A DNA stretch of 57,354 nt, counting the filler, from Platydemus manokwari (lineage: Eukaryota): assembly GCA_037951405.1 (NCBI GenBank). It is 5 parts of 5 records of this genome, joined end to end, with 100 filler letters (N's around TTAATTAATTAA, not from the genome) between each part and the next. Parts side by side here need not be neighbours in the genome. Positions count along the whole stretch, not along the records: positions 41,670 to 57,354 come from JBBMOY011253651.1; 4 more parts are not named here. One strand, written 5' to 3'. Position 1 is the first letter of the stretch. Every line of letters starts with the position of its first letter. Of this stretch, positions 54,649-57,354 are shown piece after piece. The notes under the pieces were generated by a model, which did not search any database, had not been told where the DNA came from, and saw only the letters and a program-made list of their open reading frames with translations. Made by a program: the position numbers and the translations under genes.

Positions 54649-56597
54649 ATGATTTCCAATAAGAAATTTATATTGAAAATAATCATTCTCGGTGACAGTG
54701 GGTTGGTATTATTCGTAGTCAGTTAATTAATGCAATGAATTTTATTGAGAGTTGGAAAAACGTGTTTGCTAAACCAGTTTGTCAACAAAAAATTTACCAA
54801 CAAATATCGGGCAACGATTGGAGCGGATTTTTTAACAAAGGATGTCCATGTTGGTGAAAATATTGTAACGTTACAAATATGGGACACTGCTGGTCAGGAA
54901 CGCTTTCAATCGTTGGGTTCAGCACTATTTCGAGGAGCCGATTGCTGCATGTTGGTGTATGATGTTACCGTTTATAAAACATTTCAATCGTTGGATTCAT
55001 ATCGAAAATTATTTATGAGTCATTTGAAAAAAGAAAATTACGAAGGTTTTCCTTTCTTTATTATTGGTAATAAAATTGATCTCGAGGAACGAAACGTGAG
55101 CATTAATCAATTGAAATTTTACTTTTCATTGATTTTTTAAAAAAAATTTTTATTTTTATTTTATTAATAATAATTTATGTATAAATAAGGCCATGATCCT
55201 AATTTAAAAGAAAATTGTTAAAAATCTTTATTCGAAAATATTTGTTTGTATAAATCCACGCTATTTATTTGAGGATTTGAGGAACATGAATCATTATAGT
55301 CTGTTGAGAGGATAGTATACTTTGAAATAAAAAAAGATATCCAAATATGAATTTAAATTATTATAACCTCTCTACAATTTCTGATGGACGTTGACTTCAA
55401 ATTAGTTTTTTAAATCGATTGATATCAATTCAGCTAAGAACATCTTAATCAAAAATCTGTTCATCATTTATAAGATTATTTGGTATTTACCTTGCCTTGT
55501 ATTGTCTTATTTAAAAAAAACGTTTTGAAATTTCGTGCCCTGAAATTTTCGATATCACTGTTAGACTTGTAAAATTTTAATTGGATGTATTTATCAATAT
55601 TAAAATTTGTAGGAATTCATTGAATATTTAATCATTGCATTCGTTGTATCGCAATAAATTGAAATAACTTTAAAAATTCAAATTTATTGAATTATTGATT
55701 ATTTGATTAGTGTGTGTCTTTTCAATTTCAACCATCCCACATGAAATGAGTAAAGAAGAATTGTGGAGAATTTTTATAGAATACATAACTGTAGCAAAGG
55801 CGTCTTTGAATTCCTTTTTTAGTTGGGATTGTTGAATCAACTTCAACTTTTAACGAAAAAGACTAAAGCAAACCTAATGATGTTAATTACTACAATAAAG
55901 TTGGTGCAGTTGCTAATCCTGTGAATAAAACTGGGTGATCCTTACGATAAACATTTCAAAATCATTTCATTTTTAAAAATAATTTGAACTTCCAAAGCTT
56001 TTCTTTGCTTTGAGAGTATAATCGGGGAATTATCCTGATCAACATTTGGGCTTATGTGAAAATTTCATCACTTTACCACGACGAGATAATCAACCTTGAG
56101 GGAAAATTATTTCTACAGATTAAGCAAAGTTTTATCTTAATATATTACTTAATCATTATAACTGTGTTTATTGATCTGATGAAAACCAAATTTATGTTGA
56201 TGAGGAATCTATGAATCAGCGCAGTGTCACAGTTTGGTTAATCATTTCGGTACAAAGAGTCACGGCACCCATTTTCTGTGGGACAATTGTCAACGAGAAA
56301 AATTATGTTTTTATGATTTAATATTTGTTTCCCCGCACTGTAATCACTTGTTTACCAACACATTTTCTTCTAAAATAATTTTTATTTGTTTATTTGTAAG
56401 CAAAACCGATAAAAAAGAAGTTTATGTGTGTCATTTAAATATAGAAAGATTTAATGTAGGTCTCTCCTAAACAAGCACAATCGTGGTGCCAATCTAAAGG
56501 CGATTTAACATATTTTGAATGCAGCGCCAAGGAATCTTTAAATGTGGAAAATATTTTCATGAATGTTGCTCAAATGGTATCAGCTAAAGAAGTCAAA
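54649..56597 (+). CDS. Rab7-like small GTPase (divergent); three exons found, prenylation-tail exon not identified
   Basis: Exons 54649-54701, 54750-55095 and 56460-56597 give [108 protein letters not shown]1-G5 boxes and the Rab7-type [10 protein letters not shown] and AQxWC motifs are present. The donor ending exon 3 is less certain. Confidence 0.9.
55800..56300 (-). mobile_element. Decayed mariner transposase fragment inside intron 2 of the Rab7-like gene
   Basis: In correct order on the minus strand: RKWVP-stop-L (WVPRLL-like, about 56275-56255), GKVM (about 56077-56066), QDNSP (HQDNAP-like, about 56040-56024) and a frameshifted HPV..YSQD (HPPYSPDL-like, about 55937-55915). Multiple stops and deletions. 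Confidence 0.6.
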
Positions 56598-57266
56598 GTT
56601 AGATTAGATTTCTTTCGAATTGTTTTTTCAAATGTTAGATCATCTAATATTAAAATCCTTACCTCAACAAAATAATCTTATAGCGTTTGAAAGTTAGAAC
56701 CGAAATTAATGTTTCCAGGTAATCTTATACGAAAATCTGTAAAACGGAAAGTAATACAATTAAAGATTCTCGAAAATTTTAGAACAAGCTATGCATTTAT
56801 TGTTATGAGGATAGTTCATACGTAATGTTTTGCGAATATATGATATGCTAATAGTGTAGTTAATCGTTAAATAATTCATTGCAGCTTCATCGTTTGAGTG
56901 AACTTTGAGATACAAACATCGCACAGTGTACAGCGTGTTACGAATGTTTTCATTATATCGATCAAGTGTATATTATTGAAGGTGTTGCCGAAATGATAGC
57001 TCTTATCGAACTCGCTGAGTTCTGTTATAGGTAGAATTACCAGAAATATGTGAAACAGTTGCTTAACGATCAACTTTCGTTTAATTTTACGAAACTCTAT
57101 GTAATATTGTTAATAATGAATGACCAGAACAAGAATAGCAGAAATAAATCTAAAACTGTTGCATTTTTGTTAGTCACAAAGTTTTATAATGTCCCTAATT
57201 ATAAAACAAATTAAACTATACATTAAAACGTGATTTTAAAATATATTTATCAAACATAAATTAAAA

Positions 57267-57354
57267 CAGCGGCTCTCAAACTGTTCTCTGTGAGCTAGAC
57301 AAATATTTGCGATAATGTTTGAGTTCCACGGCTGCTACAGAAACAAAGTTATCA
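57267..57354 (+). mobile_element. Possible left end of a hAT (Charlie/Buster-type) element
   Basis: CAGCGGCTCTCAAACT resembles Charlie/Buster TIRs (CAGTGGTTCTCAAA). It is preceded by the 8-mer AATTAAAA with a central TA. The other end lies outside the window. Confidence 0.35.

Overview
This is very AT-rich animal genomic DNA. Tiny 41-55 nt GT-AG introns, a 7-EC protocadherin and a divergent single-exon rhodopsin-type GPCR suggest a triclad planarian or similar flatworm (inference). The window is not continuous: five contigs are joined by four identical artificial 100-nt spacers (44 N + TTAATTAATTAA + 44 N), so adjacency across spacers means nothing. I reconstructed these genes by hand, several invisible to the ORF track: a six-mini-exon SUGP1/TRIR-motif gene (6-623, minus strand) whose upstream exon is Gypsy integrase sequence; YIPF3 (5 exons, 3'-truncated); DDX42 (5 exons, 3'-truncated); an orphan 178-aa low-complexity ORF with cell-cycle-type motifs; a delta-1-type protocadherin ectodomain exon; a two-exon PYURF/preY (Trm112-fold) microprotein; an orphan GPCR; and a divergent Rab7-like GTPase. 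Mobile DNA includes Ty3/Gypsy relics, a pogo/Tc1-type MITE, hAT relics, a mariner relic and a ~600-bp foldback. No rRNA, tRNA or CRISPR was seen. I cannot claim a clearly new multi-gene system. The best leads are the retroelement-derived exon spliced into a host gene, the orphan ORF with phased upstream palindromes, and the unannotated mini-exon transcripts.
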